Virus record (IMG/VR): IMGVR_UViG_3300021964_000019 | DNA: 64,000 bases | Source of the DNA: an uncultured virus (IMG/VR IMGVR_UViG_3300021964_000019) | Lineage: Duplodnaviria > Heunggongvirae > Uroviricota > Caudoviricetes | Strand: one strand, 5' to 3' | Shown here: piece after piece, positions 1-10,200 of the stretch | Layout: each line of letters starts with the position of its first letter | How positions within the stretch are numbered: the first letter of the stretch is position 1 | Notes under the pieces: model-generated | What the model was told of the DNA's origin: nothing | What the model saw: the letters and a program-made list of their open reading frames with translations, nothing else | The model's database searches: none | Made by a program: the position numbers and the translations under genes

Positions 1-126
1 ATCAAGTTTCAGATTCATCCTAAACCTTTTACTTGGTATATTTGGCACAGCGAATATTGGCATAGACCTTGTGCGGGACAGAGCACTTCAAATCGTTACA
101 TAATTTCAGCGGATTTAGACAAATGA
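1..126 (+). CDS. C-terminal fragment of a probable 2OG-Fe(II) oxygenase-like protein
   Basis: Frame 1 reads IKFQIHPKPFTWYIWHSEYWHRPCAGQSTSNRYIISADLDK*, resembling the distal His...Arg-x-x-x-Ser end of the DSBH fold; stop overlaps the next ATG (ATGA). Confidence 0.45.
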   Translation: MKFQIHPKPFTWYIWHSEYWHRPCAGQSTSNRYIISADLDK

Positions 127-692
127 CTGATGATTGGCAACTACAAGCAAATACTTGGATTAATATAGCCTACTCTTGTATGGAGACTCCTCTACTTCCA
201 AAATATCAATATCATGTGTTAGATCGTTGTTTGAGAGGTGCTTCAGATATTATTTCTTGTGAAACTACTGCTGTCCACTCTAATACAGCTTCTCTCATTC
301 AATGGTGTAAAATGTGGTCATCAGAAGCACTCTTTAAGTATCAAGAATTGAAAGATGAGATGACAGAAGAGCGTCAAGGCAAACCACCAACTCACCGTCA
401 AATTTGTAACTCTCGAATTCCAAATCGCAAAGGAATTAACTCTCGCTGGTTTACTTGTGAACATGAGTATCCGATGATTATTCCTAAAAAAGGAGTTCGA
501 GATCATGGCTGGACACTTGAAAAATTAAGAGAATGGATGTGGACATACTCAAAAGTAACTATTATCTTAAACTCTGAGAATGATCGACTACTTCCTTTTA
601 CCGAAGATATGGAACTTGCAGCAAAGAGATATGAAGATGCTGGTATCGTTATTTGTGAGCATCCCTACCATTTAGAAAAAGATGTGGCTTGA
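123..692 (+). CDS. Hypothetical protein, possible His-Me finger (EH-x-x-P...N) nuclease-like
   Basis: ATG at 123 is coupled to the upstream stop; motifs TCEHEYP and ILNSENDRL. Confidence 0.5.
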   Translation: MTDDWQLQANTWINIAYSCMETPLLPKYQYHVLDRCLRGASDIISCETTAVHSNTASLIQWCKMWSSEALFKYQELKDEMTEERQGKPPTHRQICNSRIPNRKGINSRWFTCEHEYPMIIPKKGVRDHGWTLEKLREWMWTYSKVTIILNSENDRLLPFTEDMELAAKRYEDAGIVICEHPYHLEKDVA

Positions 693-717
693 CAGTTATA
701 TTTTTATTTGATATTCT
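689..717 (+). promoter_or_regulatory. Sigma70-type promoter
   Basis: TTGACA-N17-TATTCT followed by AAGGA SD. Confidence 0.65.
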
Positions 718-738
718 ATAAAAAATAAGGAAATGAGA

Positions 739-858
739 ATGGAACCAAGAGACTTTATATATGCAGCACTAATGGCTGGTACGCCTCTCTTTACAATTAT
801 CATTGTTCATTTTCTTAAAATCTACAACTTACTTCCAGGATGGGCGCTAACACAATGA
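739..858 (+). CDS. Small membrane peptide (39 aa, not in ORF track)
   Basis: MEPRDFIYAALMAGTPLFTIIIVHFLKIYNLLPGWALTQ*; upstream AAGGA; stop overlaps the next ATG. Confidence 0.55.
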   Translation: MEPRDFIYAALMAGTPLFTIIIVHFLKIYNLLPGWALTQ

Positions 859-1097
859 AACGACAAGGATACTATTCAATTGGTGATACAATCTTAACTC
901 GTCATGGAGTTGCTAAGATTAAAGTGATTGAGAAAACTACTCCACAAGATCCAAAATATGGAGACTCTGTAGAAGAGATACCTGTCAGTTATCGAGGTAT
1001 GTGGGTAGTGTCAATGGATAACGGTCACTGGACTTATGGTCATTCAGTGATGGGTCATGCAGAGGATATTTATCATGAGTCCAACGCCATACATTGA
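855..1097 (+). CDS. Hypothetical phage protein
   Basis: ATGA-coupled start (MKRQGYY...), within a tightly packed operon. Confidence 0.6.
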   Translation: MKRQGYYSIGDTILTRHGVAKIKVIEKTTPQDPKYGDSVEEIPVSYRGMWVVSMDNGHWTYGHSVMGHAEDIYHESNAIH

Positions 1098-1257
1098 AGT
1101 GTTTGAGTTTAAGAATGATTGGCAACCTGCTTACCCTGCAAAGATGTGGCAAGTGATTGAGCGTGACTCTACAGGAGATATTGTCAATGCTCGTGCCGTT
1201 CCTTCTAAAAAAGAAGCAGAAGTTCTTAAATATCAGTTCCAACAAAATAAATCTTAA
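1075..1257 (+). CDS. Hypothetical phage protein
   Basis: GAGGA SD before ATG (MSPTPY...). Confidence 0.6.
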   Translation: MSPTPYIEVFEFKNDWQPAYPAKMWQVIERDSTGDIVNARAVPSKKEAEVLKYQFQQNKS

Positions 1258-1259
1258 AC

Positions 1260-1288
1260 TTGCTTAAAGCCTATTTTTATGAGATAAT
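1260..1288 (+). promoter_or_regulatory. T5-type strong promoter
   Basis: TTGCTT-N17-GATAAT. Confidence 0.6.
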
Positions 1289-1317
1289 TTATCATAATCA
1301 GAAAAAAGGAGCATAGG

Positions 1318-1536
1318 ATGAAATTTGACGAGTGGAAAAAACAGGTAGATGTAGTTTGTGTAAAGGCTTTTGGTCTTTCATCTGATGACTTGGAAGATTG
1401 TCTTTGGGCGGAATATCACAGTGACGAACTTTCTCCAACTGAAGCAGTAGAGTGCGCAGTAGAAGATGTGTGGGGTCCAAGTATGCCTTATATGTATGAT
1501 CTCTGGTATAAAACACCTTATTCAGAGGTGGTATAA
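1318..1536 (+). CDS. Small acidic hypothetical protein
   Basis: AGGAG SD; 72 aa. Confidence 0.65.
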   Translation: MKFDEWKKQVDVVCVKAFGLSSDDLEDCLWAEYHSDELSPTEAVECAVEDVWGPSMPYMYDLWYKTPYSEVV

Positions 1537-1910
1537 TGGCTGAGATGGCTAATGATGATAGGCTAAAACTCATAGATCACGGCAGACTAACCGAAATGAT
1601 AATAACACATGGTTATCAGTGGGTAGTTATAAATGCAAAAGATATCATTGTTGATATGGCTCGAAAAGAGTTAGAGAAAGGTAAAACGATGCAGATAGAA
1701 TTAACACCAGAACAAAAAGATGCAGTAACTATATCCTCACTACAAGAGTTTATGGTTTCTCTAGCTGAAGGACCAGAAGACGATGATACTTGGGATATGG
1801 TTGTGAATTTGTATTGTGCATTACAATACTATGTGACTGAAGATCAAATGGATGAATTTATGAATGAACATCCAGCCGTAGCAGAAATTTGTGAATGGGA
1901 GATTCAATAA
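1536..1910 (+). CDS. Hypothetical protein
   Basis: TAATG coupling, GAGG SD. Confidence 0.6.
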   Translation: MAEMANDDRLKLIDHGRLTEMIITHGYQWVVINAKDIIVDMARKELEKGKTMQIELTPEQKDAVTISSLQEFMVSLAEGPEDDDTWDMVVNLYCALQYYVTEDQMDEFMNEHPAVAEICEWEIQ

Positions 1911-2089
1911 TGTATGAAGGCGTAACACTTGATTGTGGATTGAAGGTTAAAAATGGCAAGATTGTGACTGAGCCACAGTTCAATCACGCAGAAATTAAAG
2001 CACGCATCGAAGGACTACAGGTTAAACAACCTTGGACTGTTGCGCGTATTAAAGCACGCGAAGAAGCACTTGCAAAGAAGCGCAAGTAG
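1910..2089 (+). CDS. Small basic hypothetical protein
   Basis: TAATG coupling, GGAG SD (MYEGV...). Confidence 0.55.
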   Translation: MYEGVTLDCGLKVKNGKIVTEPQFNHAEIKARIEGLQVKQPWTVARIKAREEALAKKRK

Positions 2090-2299
2090 ATGAGTGATAA
2101 TATCACTTTTTTCTATCGGTCGATTGATGACCCAATGGGGTGGACAGAAACTTTTGACTCACTTGAAGAAGCAAAAAAGCATTTTCTACACTTCATGGGT
2201 AAGACATATGATATTGGATCGTTATATGCAGTCAATGCTTATGGGGATGTGACTTGTGTGGTTGAAGGAGCTACTTGGCGTGAACTTGGACTAGAATAA
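2090..2299 (+). CDS. Hypothetical protein
   Basis: Starts immediately after the previous stop; last gene before the terminator. Confidence 0.6.
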   Translation: MSDNITFFYRSIDDPMGWTETFDSLEEAKKHFLHFMGKTYDIGSLYAVNAYGDVTCVVEGATWRELGLE

Positions 2300-2324
2300 T
2301 CCTATGTCTCTTAGAGACAAACTT

Positions 2325-2348
2325 AAGAGGGCGCAAGCCCTCTTTTTT
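2325..2348 (+). terminator. Rho-independent terminator at a convergent junction
   Basis: AAGAGGGC-GCAA-GCCCTCTT followed by a T-run. Confidence 0.8.
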
Positions 2349-2349
2349 A

Positions 2350-4869
2350 TTAGTTGCCTCTAAATCCTGTGATTTTATTACTACTGAGATCTATTCCAAA
2401 AACTACATTACCACTTTCACTTACCCAAGCACCTATTACAGCATTTGCAGTATCAAACTGCCATACATAATCTTCGTCTATAGTCATATAGTCTAAATCA
2501 TAAGGAACAGCCAATTTAAGCTCGCGGATGGAATGTTTTTGGTAGTCCATTAACCACAGTTTAGTGCCATCACTATTATATTGTAGATTATAAGCTCTGT
2601 TATTTAAAAAATCTGCTGGATCATCGCTCCAAACCTGTGTTGCATTGATGATGTCATGTGGTGTATCCATTACCCATTTTTGCATAACAGAATTTGTCCC
2701 TGCATACATAGATAAACCGTCTGGAGTAATAACAAAACTATATATATCGCCTCCTAACACTTTAGAATCACTAGTATAAGAGGCAAAATTAATATCCCAA
2801 GCAACAGTAGTATCGTATTTGTAGACTGTATCATTGCCTCCTGTTATGTAAAATATTGTTCCATTAGCAGACCAACAAATACCATTTGGTAATAGTTCTT
2901 GTGAACCAACATAAAAACTACCATTTGCAGTAGCTGATGCCACATTATAGGCTTCAGAAAGATTCCATTGTTGAACTGTATCTCCTGAGACTTCTACTCC
3001 CCACATACGAGTTCCATCATCTTTAACTACTATATCTCTCCATGAGGTAGAGATAGAAGAAGCGTCTAGTTCGTTAAATGTGATTGTAGAACTATCATAG
3101 GCTGCATTTGCTACTCTTAAGTTAGCAGATCTCAGTATGCTTGCTGGACCTTGTCCCCATACTACTTTACTTCCGCCGTCTACAAGTATGCCATGCCCAT
3201 AACCTGATCCAGAGCCTGTGCCGATAGATGCTTTTAATGTGCGTGTTGATGACAAATCATAAGGAGTTGAAAGTTCATAGACATCTATAGTTCCGTTTGT
3301 TTGCGTCCAATAAGATAAATTACCATCATCGCTTACTCGTATAGTTTTCCAAGATCCAGCAGTGACTGTTGTAACAACGGTACTACCCAATGCAGAAACA
3401 CTCCATCTTCCACTATCTCCAACAGCTGAATATACATCATATTGATAGACTGTAGTGCTAGTTACAAGATAGAGATAATTACCGTTATAGCTCCATTCAA
3501 CATCATAAGGAGATCCTGTTGAGTTGATGTTTCCAACTCCTACATAAGTAGCAGTCGAAAGATCCCAAGCAGTGCTTAAATTATATTCTCCTAGTTGAGG
3601 ATCTCTCATTGGGTACATTTTAGTTCCATCATATTTGAAGGCTAGGCCAAATAAATTATAAAAGCCCATACCTCCTTCAGTGTTTAACACTGCATACGGT
3701 TTGTTTGAGGCACTACTTAAAACCCAAGGAACATCAAGTTTCCACTGCGCTACTCTTCTAAGGTCTACTAAGTAAAGATTGAGCCCATCTGAAGAGAATC
3801 TTAATCCATAGATGTCAGAACTGTCTCCAGTACCACCCATATCATACGAAGTTGAAAGATTAGCTACATGGCTTCTTGTAGATAAATCCCACTCTGAACT
3901 CATTGTCCATAACTGCACATTATCTTGCGTGCTACTAGCAGTATAGAGATGATTGTTGGTTATATATAAACCGCCTGGATTTTGTCCAGTAGTTGTTCCT
4001 AAAGCATATTCTGTATCGAACGAAGCATTAGCAATATCCCAAGGAGTGGTCATTATATATCTATTGATATCATCTCCTGTTGTTCCAGTAACATACATCT
4101 CACTGCCATCTGGTTTGAATGATAGGCCTTGTGGAGCAGTTTCTTGACCTCCAATATAAAAACTAGCACCAGTTGCAGTAGCACTGGCTGCGTTTCCTGC
4201 AACCCATGAATACTCATAAACTGTGTCGGTTGTAGATCCTAAAACATAAAAATAGCTGTTGCTTCTTACATGAAGAGCTGAGGGAACTGTTAACTCTGAA
4301 ACTACACTTCTAGCATTAGCTTGGTTTATCCATTTGATAGTTTTAAGATCCCATGGTTCTGCTAGTGGAAATTCAAAAATCGAATCTAAGGTATTGTCAA
4401 GCAGATACATAGCTTTTCCGTCTGACCTAAAGTCTAAATCTACAGGAGACATACCCACACCATCATATTCAACAAAATGCCGTGTATATATACGCGCATT
4501 AGCTAAATCATTAGCTACATCTGATTTCCATTGAAATACTGAATCGTTACCACCATCAATTGTGAAGTAGTTTTTACCATCTGGAGAAACGGATATAGCA
4601 TAACCAACAGGAGGAGAGGCCCATACACCAGTAGATTCTGTGCCTGTAAGAGTAGATAGAGACCAAGCAACTGTTATTTCTTCTTCCACTACAGGAGGTG
4701 TGTATGTTGTACCAGGAGCGCTCACAAAAGTGTTACTGACATAGGCATTTGAGCCGTCATATAAAAATATGCGGTTCTGTTCCATGTCAATCACAACTTC
4801 GCCATTTGCTCCCAAATAGTTGTTAGCATGAGAAGTTTTGTTTGCTCGTTTCCACTTAATTGTTGCCAT
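2350..4869 (-). CDS. Virion protein: Mtd_N-like N-terminal adaptor plus beta-propeller repeats (putative receptor-binding protein)
   Basis: True start MATIKWKR (TAATG-coupled); N-terminal GANGEVVID...IFLYDG; many Y/W-x-L-S-T-A/P-W-D and F-x-x-D-G-x-x-M-Y repeats. Confidence 0.7.
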   Translation of the reverse strand: MATIKWKRANKTSHANNYLGANGEVVIDMEQNRIFLYDGSNAYVSNTFVSAPGTTYTPPVVEEEITVAWSLSTLTGTESTGVWASPPVGYAISVSPDGKNYFTIDGGNDSVFQWKSDVANDLANARIYTRHFVEYDGVGMSPVDLDFRSDGKAMYLLDNTLDSIFEFPLAEPWDLKTIKWINQANARSVVSELTVPSALHVRSNSYFYVLGSTTDTVYEYSWVAGNAASATATGASFYIGGQETAPQGLSFKPDGSEMYVTGTTGDDINRYIMTTPWDIANASFDTEYALGTTTGQNPGGLYITNNHLYTASSTQDNVQLWTMSSEWDLSTRSHVANLSTSYDMGGTGDSSDIYGLRFSSDGLNLYLVDLRRVAQWKLDVPWVLSSASNKPYAVLNTEGGMGFYNLFGLAFKYDGTKMYPMRDPQLGEYNLSTAWDLSTATYVGVGNINSTGSPYDVEWSYNGNYLYLVTSTTVYQYDVYSAVGDSGRWSVSALGSTVVTTVTAGSWKTIRVSDDGNLSYWTQTNGTIDVYELSTPYDLSSTRTLKASIGTGSGSGYGHGILVDGGSKVVWGQGPASILRSANLRVANAAYDSSTITFNELDASSISTSWRDIVVKDDGTRMWGVEVSGDTVQQWNLSEAYNVASATANGSFYVGSQELLPNGICWSANGTIFYITGGNDTVYKYDTTVAWDINFASYTSDSKVLGGDIYSFVITPDGLSMYAGTNSVMQKWVMDTPHDIINATQVWSDDPADFLNNRAYNLQYNSDGTKLWLMDYQKHSIRELKLAVPYDLDYMTIDEDYVWQFDTANAVIGAWVSESGNVVFGIDLSSNKITGFRGN

Positions 4870-5966
4870 TATGTTTGATTTCCTGTTATCCAAAAACGCC
4901 CGAGTACTAATTCTCCTATATCAACTGCATCTGTATCAGATGAAAAAGGAAACTTTTGTATAAAATCAACTACTGGACCATAACGACCTCCAAGAAAATA
5001 TCCATCAGTAGTAGAGCTTGCTCCGCCGCCTTGGTACGTTGCCGCCGCCATTTGTAAAACTTCAGTTGCAGGAGTATCTGATATAAAAGGAGCTTTACGT
5101 ACTGCAGTAGCTGGTCCAGTATAAGGGCTTGGGAACTGTCCATACATGTAAATATTTGTACTTGAAGACACAGCCATAGCATTTGGATGATCTACTCCTA
5201 TTTCTCCTACATCTATAGAAGAAGAGTCAGATGAAAAAGAAAATTTTTGTATTGCATCTCGAACTGCAAGCGTAGGCGTTCCTCCTCCAACTACATAACC
5301 GTGCGTTTGTGAGGATCCTCCGGCTACTCCAGGTCCTCCCCCTGTTACACCTAATTCTCCTACATCGCTTGCATTTGTATCTGAAGAAAAAGGAAACTTA
5401 TCAATAGTATCTACATAGGTAAGGGAGAAGGGTGTTGGTACCCAATCTATACCGCCAGAAGTGTATCCATGTGTAAGACTAGACTGCCCAGAAGTATAAT
5501 GTCTATCGCCTGTTAAAGTTCCAATATTTACTGCATCTGAATCGCTAGTAAAAGAAAATTTTTGAATTTGATCATCGGAACCCTGAGTTGGGATATCGAC
5601 CGAACCTCCGCTAAAATAACCATGAGTTGACCCTTTTTGTCCTGCCATTCCTATTTTAACTGTTGTTAGATTAGCAATATCTGTTGCAGAAGTATCTGAT
5701 GAAAAAGGAAACTTATCTATAATATTAGTATAGGTTGGGGTAGATGGGGGATTAGAGCCGCCTGCAGAGTACCCTGAAGTAGATCCTTGTAGAGGAGTAT
5801 AAATAGGTGTATCAGCCCCTTCTCTCGCTAGAGTATAGTATGTATTTGCAGTATTTGTCCAGAACACTAGATTGCCTGTTTCATAGTTGAGCGCTACTTC
5901 ACCTGCCTGACCAGCATAGTTTGCAATTGATGATGTGTTTCCGCGTAATACTTTAATTGTTGCCAT
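4869..5966 (-). CDS. Virion protein: Mtd_N-like adaptor plus IDKFPFSSD repeat (Kelch-like propeller)
   Basis: N-terminal IKVLRG...AGEVALN; six KF(P/S)FSSD-x-x-A...G(E/T)L repeats with GYxxGG. Confidence 0.7.
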   Translation of the reverse strand: MATIKVLRGNTSSIANYAGQAGEVALNYETGNLVFWTNTANTYYTLAREGADTPIYTPLQGSTSGYSAGGSNPPSTPTYTNIIDKFPFSSDTSATDIANLTTVKIGMAGQKGSTHGYFSGGSVDIPTQGSDDQIQKFSFTSDSDAVNIGTLTGDRHYTSGQSSLTHGYTSGGIDWVPTPFSLTYVDTIDKFPFSSDTNASDVGELGVTGGGPGVAGGSSQTHGYVVGGGTPTLAVRDAIQKFSFSSDSSSIDVGEIGVDHPNAMAVSSSTNIYMYGQFPSPYTGPATAVRKAPFISDTPATEVLQMAAATYQGGGASSTTDGYFLGGRYGPVVDFIQKFPFSSDTDAVDIGELVLGRFWITGNQT

Positions 5967-5974
5967 AGTTCCTC

Positions 5975-7288
5975 TTAGTTTGCAATATAACTTGGACTGT
6001 TTTTATTGTTGTTGTTGTTTAGTTCTCCAACATCTGTAAAAGTATCTTCTGAAGAAAAAGGAAATCTAGTAACACTCTGATATAGAGGACTATAGGGATT
6101 TTGTATTACTGAAAAACCATAAACAGTTGAAGAAGTTGATGGGCCATTTACAACAAATGAAGGAGGTCCTGTAGGTGTGCTAATTGCTCCTGAAAGCACT
6201 GTAAAAGGAGTGTCTGAAGTAAAAGGCATTTTCGCTATGTTATAAACAGCTCCTGAAGGTCCTGAACCTCCTGTTACATAGCCTGCTTCATTAGAATTAT
6301 GTGATAAACCATTACGAGAGCTTGCAGTTCCTGTATCTGCAATGTTTGCACTCCATGCGTAGTTAGAAAAAGCCATTTTATCAACTTGAGTTGTATTTAC
6401 TGAAGTGCTTGAGCCTGGATAATATAGAAATGCTGGAGACCCATCAGGATTAACATTTGTGCCTCCTGCTAGATAGGCAAAGTCTTCTGATGCAAATCCA
6501 TGGCGTGTAGTATTTTCCTGGTATGGATAATTTGGCATGGATTGCACTGTATCATCTGCTGAAAAAGGAACTCGTTTACCTCCAAACTGTTCAAGGTGAT
6601 AGTAAGAACGAGTAGTTGGATTGACTCCTGGTCCTGAGCGTGGAGTTTTACCTCCGAATACAAACCCATCTGATGGTCCTGCTAACGACTGTCCGCCGCT
6701 AGTATTATAGTTTGTATGACGCTGAAAGTTAGTTGGCGCCCCACTACCAGGAAAGGATGTATAGAGAAAGTATGGAGCTGTTGATTTAACACTCCAAGTA
6801 TCAGACGCAAAAGCAATCGCTTCTACACTAGAAGGTCCTATACTGTAAACAGGCGTGGGATTGATAAAAGGAGAGTTTGCAGTTGAGGTAGGCCAGTTAT
6901 ACCCAAAGGCGGTATATCCATATCCTTCACGCGAACTCCATCCAAACTTTGCTGCTCCAGTTTTAGTTGGTGTATTAACTGTTGCAGGAGTCTCACTAGC
7001 ATAAGCATATTTTTCGGTCGTGACAGGATCTGTAAGCGAGAATTGAGGAGCTGCGTAAAAAGTGTATCCAAAAGTATCACCTTGATTATTACGAGCAGCA
7101 ACTGCTACAGGAGCTGGAGTTGGAAATACATATCCAAAACCTGTGGGAGTAAAAGAAAATGCACGACCGCCTTCTGTGGCGCCGTCGTGCACTCGAAGTT
7201 TATATGCTTCAAAATCCCAAACTAGTGTTCCATTTGACTCTATTGCAGTAGCGTTAGCAGAGCGTTTTACTGTAATTCGTTTGGACAC
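5975..7288 (-). CDS. Virion protein: Mtd_N-like adaptor plus divergent FPFSSD repeats
   Basis: GTG start after GGAGG; LRVHDGATEGG motif; PFxSD repeats. Confidence 0.7.
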   Translation of the reverse strand: MSKRITVKRSANATAIESNGTLVWDFEAYKLRVHDGATEGGRAFSFTPTGFGYVFPTPAPVAVAARNNQGDTFGYTFYAAPQFSLTDPVTTEKYAYASETPATVNTPTKTGAAKFGWSSREGYGYTAFGYNWPTSTANSPFINPTPVYSIGPSSVEAIAFASDTWSVKSTAPYFLYTSFPGSGAPTNFQRHTNYNTSGGQSLAGPSDGFVFGGKTPRSGPGVNPTTRSYYHLEQFGGKRVPFSADDTVQSMPNYPYQENTTRHGFASEDFAYLAGGTNVNPDGSPAFLYYPGSSTSVNTTQVDKMAFSNYAWSANIADTGTASSRNGLSHNSNEAGYVTGGSGPSGAVYNIAKMPFTSDTPFTVLSGAISTPTGPPSFVVNGPSTSSTVYGFSVIQNPYSPLYQSVTRFPFSSEDTFTDVGELNNNNNKNSPSYIAN

Positions 7289-7297
7289 AGAACCTCC

Positions 7298-10200
7298 TTA
7301 TGCCTGAGATTCAGACCATGAAATTTTACCACTGACTTCAAAAGGAGTTGAGTAGGTCACTGAAGCCGTAGACTGTGGCTGCACAGCAACTGTAAGAAGG
7401 TCAGGACCAGCTGGGAAGATTCCATCACCACCTAAGATTGAGTTACCAAGCTCTAACAACTCTGCTAAGTCAATTTCTACAGAACCGGCAGAAGCTTTTG
7501 TAGCTAGAATTGTTGTACCACCAGTTAATGTTTCTCCAGCTGAGTGCTCAATAATCTCTGAGAGTGATGGTTTGTCAGCATCTTCAAATGAGAGTTGAGA
7601 TGGAAGTGCATTAATAATCAAGAACACTTCTACACCCTGATTAGTTGTAATACCAGCCTGTTTTAGAGCTAGCTGCATTCGGTTAATAATTTCACGCTCT
7701 CCAACTGATCCTGTTAGTGAAGAGTCAACTGAAGGAGCTAGTCTCAAACTAACGAGCGGTAGAGGACGAGTTAGGTCAATTGCTTCTTGTTCTCCAACTG
7801 TGATTGTTGCACCACTTGAGATATCATTATAGATAGCTGCAGAAGGCTGTGTAGCTAATGCTGGATAGTTAGTATAAATCTTTGAGTTCGATCCATCAAC
7901 TTTAATCTGTGTAACATAGGTTCCTTCTGGTAAGTTTGCATTACTAGCATCTCGAATCTGGTCACCTACTGTGGTAGCAGCTGCGTTTACATTAGATACT
8001 GGAATAGAATACACATACACACGCTTACCATTTAGAGTAATCTGTTCAAAAGTAGAAACAGCACTTGAGGTAAACGATGACGAACCACCATTAGTATAAG
8101 CCATTGGACGAGATTGACGAGTAAATAGATAGGCCTTATCATCATCAAATGTTCCGTCCATGATTACAGAAGTACCAAAGTGGAAGAGAGTTGGAGCTGT
8201 TGTAGCTTGTGGACCGTTTTCAATTTCATAGCGTCCTGGAAGGTTACCTGATCTAAAGTATGATTCATTCAAACGGTTGTTGTGTCTAAACTCATGCACA
8301 TACTTCACATGACCTTTTTGGTCTTTGAACCCAAAACGAATCTTACCTGCACCATACCAAGAGAAGTCTGAGTAGGCCATCTGAATCTTTGTAGTATTAA
8401 GAACGAATCCACTTGGGCCTGTTCCGTCTGCTACATCTAAATTCCACTCGTCTTGTGGAATGCGAGTATCGACAGTTTTAGTTACTTTAACTTTTGCGGC
8501 TGTTACTCCACGATAAGCAGGCTGCACAACCATGCGAAGATCTGAGGATACTTCTACAATTTGATAGGTTTGTCCACGAATTACTACTTTATCATCTCTT
8601 GAAAGCTGAGTAGTAAATGAGGTTAGCACTCCTTCTACAACTTGAGAACCACGAGTTACATTGACAGATCCTGCAATCTGCAGTGTTGAGGAGCGTCTTA
8701 CACAGTAGAGTTTTTGACCATCAAACTCCCAGAAGAATCCATTCTGATCATCAAACATTCCTGTGCGAACATAAGAATCTAACCATGATTTTCTAACATA
8801 GGTTGGAAATCCTCCTGCTTTTGCTTGTGTTGGTTCTGCTTCCATTACATACTTGAATTGGAAATCATTAGCAGTTTCACTGACAGCAAAATCACCGTTA
8901 AAGTAGTTATTACCTGTAGTTACCACAGCTCCGTCAATTGTAATTTCATCACCTACTTTTAGATTGTGCGCTTCTTGAGTATTTACAGTAGCAACATTAC
9001 CACTGGTTTTAATTAAGTCTTGCATAATCTTTGCTGGATTAAAGTTAATCGCAACTGAGTTTTGAATACCTTTACCAGACTGATATCTAAAATACTTACG
9101 TGTTTGACGAGTAATTTTTGAGTTTGGCGAAGTTCCGGCTGTAATGTCAACACCACCGTCAAATGGAAGGTGTAGAGAATAACCGTCTGGACGTAGAATT
9201 AACTGTGTTGAATATTGATAGGTCACATTAGCTGCTAGTGCTGGAGTTGCATCATAGAGTGTCATATTAGAATCAGTTGTAATCTGATCTACTGTAAATG
9301 GCTGAATATAACCATCGGTTGGAATATAGATATCATCAAAACGCTTGAAATCAGTTAAGAATGAAGTACCAGTTCCAGTCACTGAAGTTCCGTTAGCTGC
9401 TACACTGATCAAACCAGTTCCAGTAACAAGTTTAACGATACCATCACTTCTTACTGTGTGAGTTCCTGTTGGAGCAGTGAGTGATAGTTTTGAATTGTTA
9501 AGCGCGTTTTGAGAAGAGTCAGCAAGAGCAAATGTGTTAGCGGTAATACTAATTGCAAATACATTACCACCTTCACCAGCTGTAAGTATTGAGTCATTTT
9601 GTCCTGGTGAGTAGGTAAGTTCTTCTCCAGTCACAAGGTTATGATCATCAATGAGAGTGATTACTCCAGTTCCAGTGTCTACATTTGAAGAAATAAAGTC
9701 ATAGTGTCTTCTTGGAATCTTAAAGTCTGACTCAAAGGTAAATGTTTTTGGACTTGGTGTTGTGGTGATTGGGAAAACTCCATCATAGGCGCCAACTACT
9801 GAATCAACAATAAACTCCTGTTTACCACTAGTTGAGGCTGTGTTAAGAGTCACAGTACCAGCATCTCCGCTCACAGTAAATCTGATTTCATAGTATTTGT
9901 TTCCGGCTAAGTAGCGACCAAAGTTAACCTGTGAAGTTGGGTTAATTGTTACATCAAATCCTACTTTTCCACCCTCAGTTTTTAGAATTTGAGAGATATT
10001 TTTAGTTCCAAAGAATCCTTCTGTTAAGTAGTTTGAAGTATCTTGACCGCTTGTACCAACAAAATATTCATCGCCATCACTAAAACTCATCACAACATAT
10101 TCGTTCTGATTACCAAAGTCACCTCTGAACTCTACTTTTGTAATCGAAGCAGTTGTAACAGCAGATCCAAGAGGTGTTTCAATGTCTACAAAGTATGTGA

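Noticed and set aside
2350..7288. Diversity-generating retroelement (prompted by the Mtd_N-like domains)
   Set aside because: No reverse transcriptase and no adenine-mismatched TR/VR pair was seen in the window.
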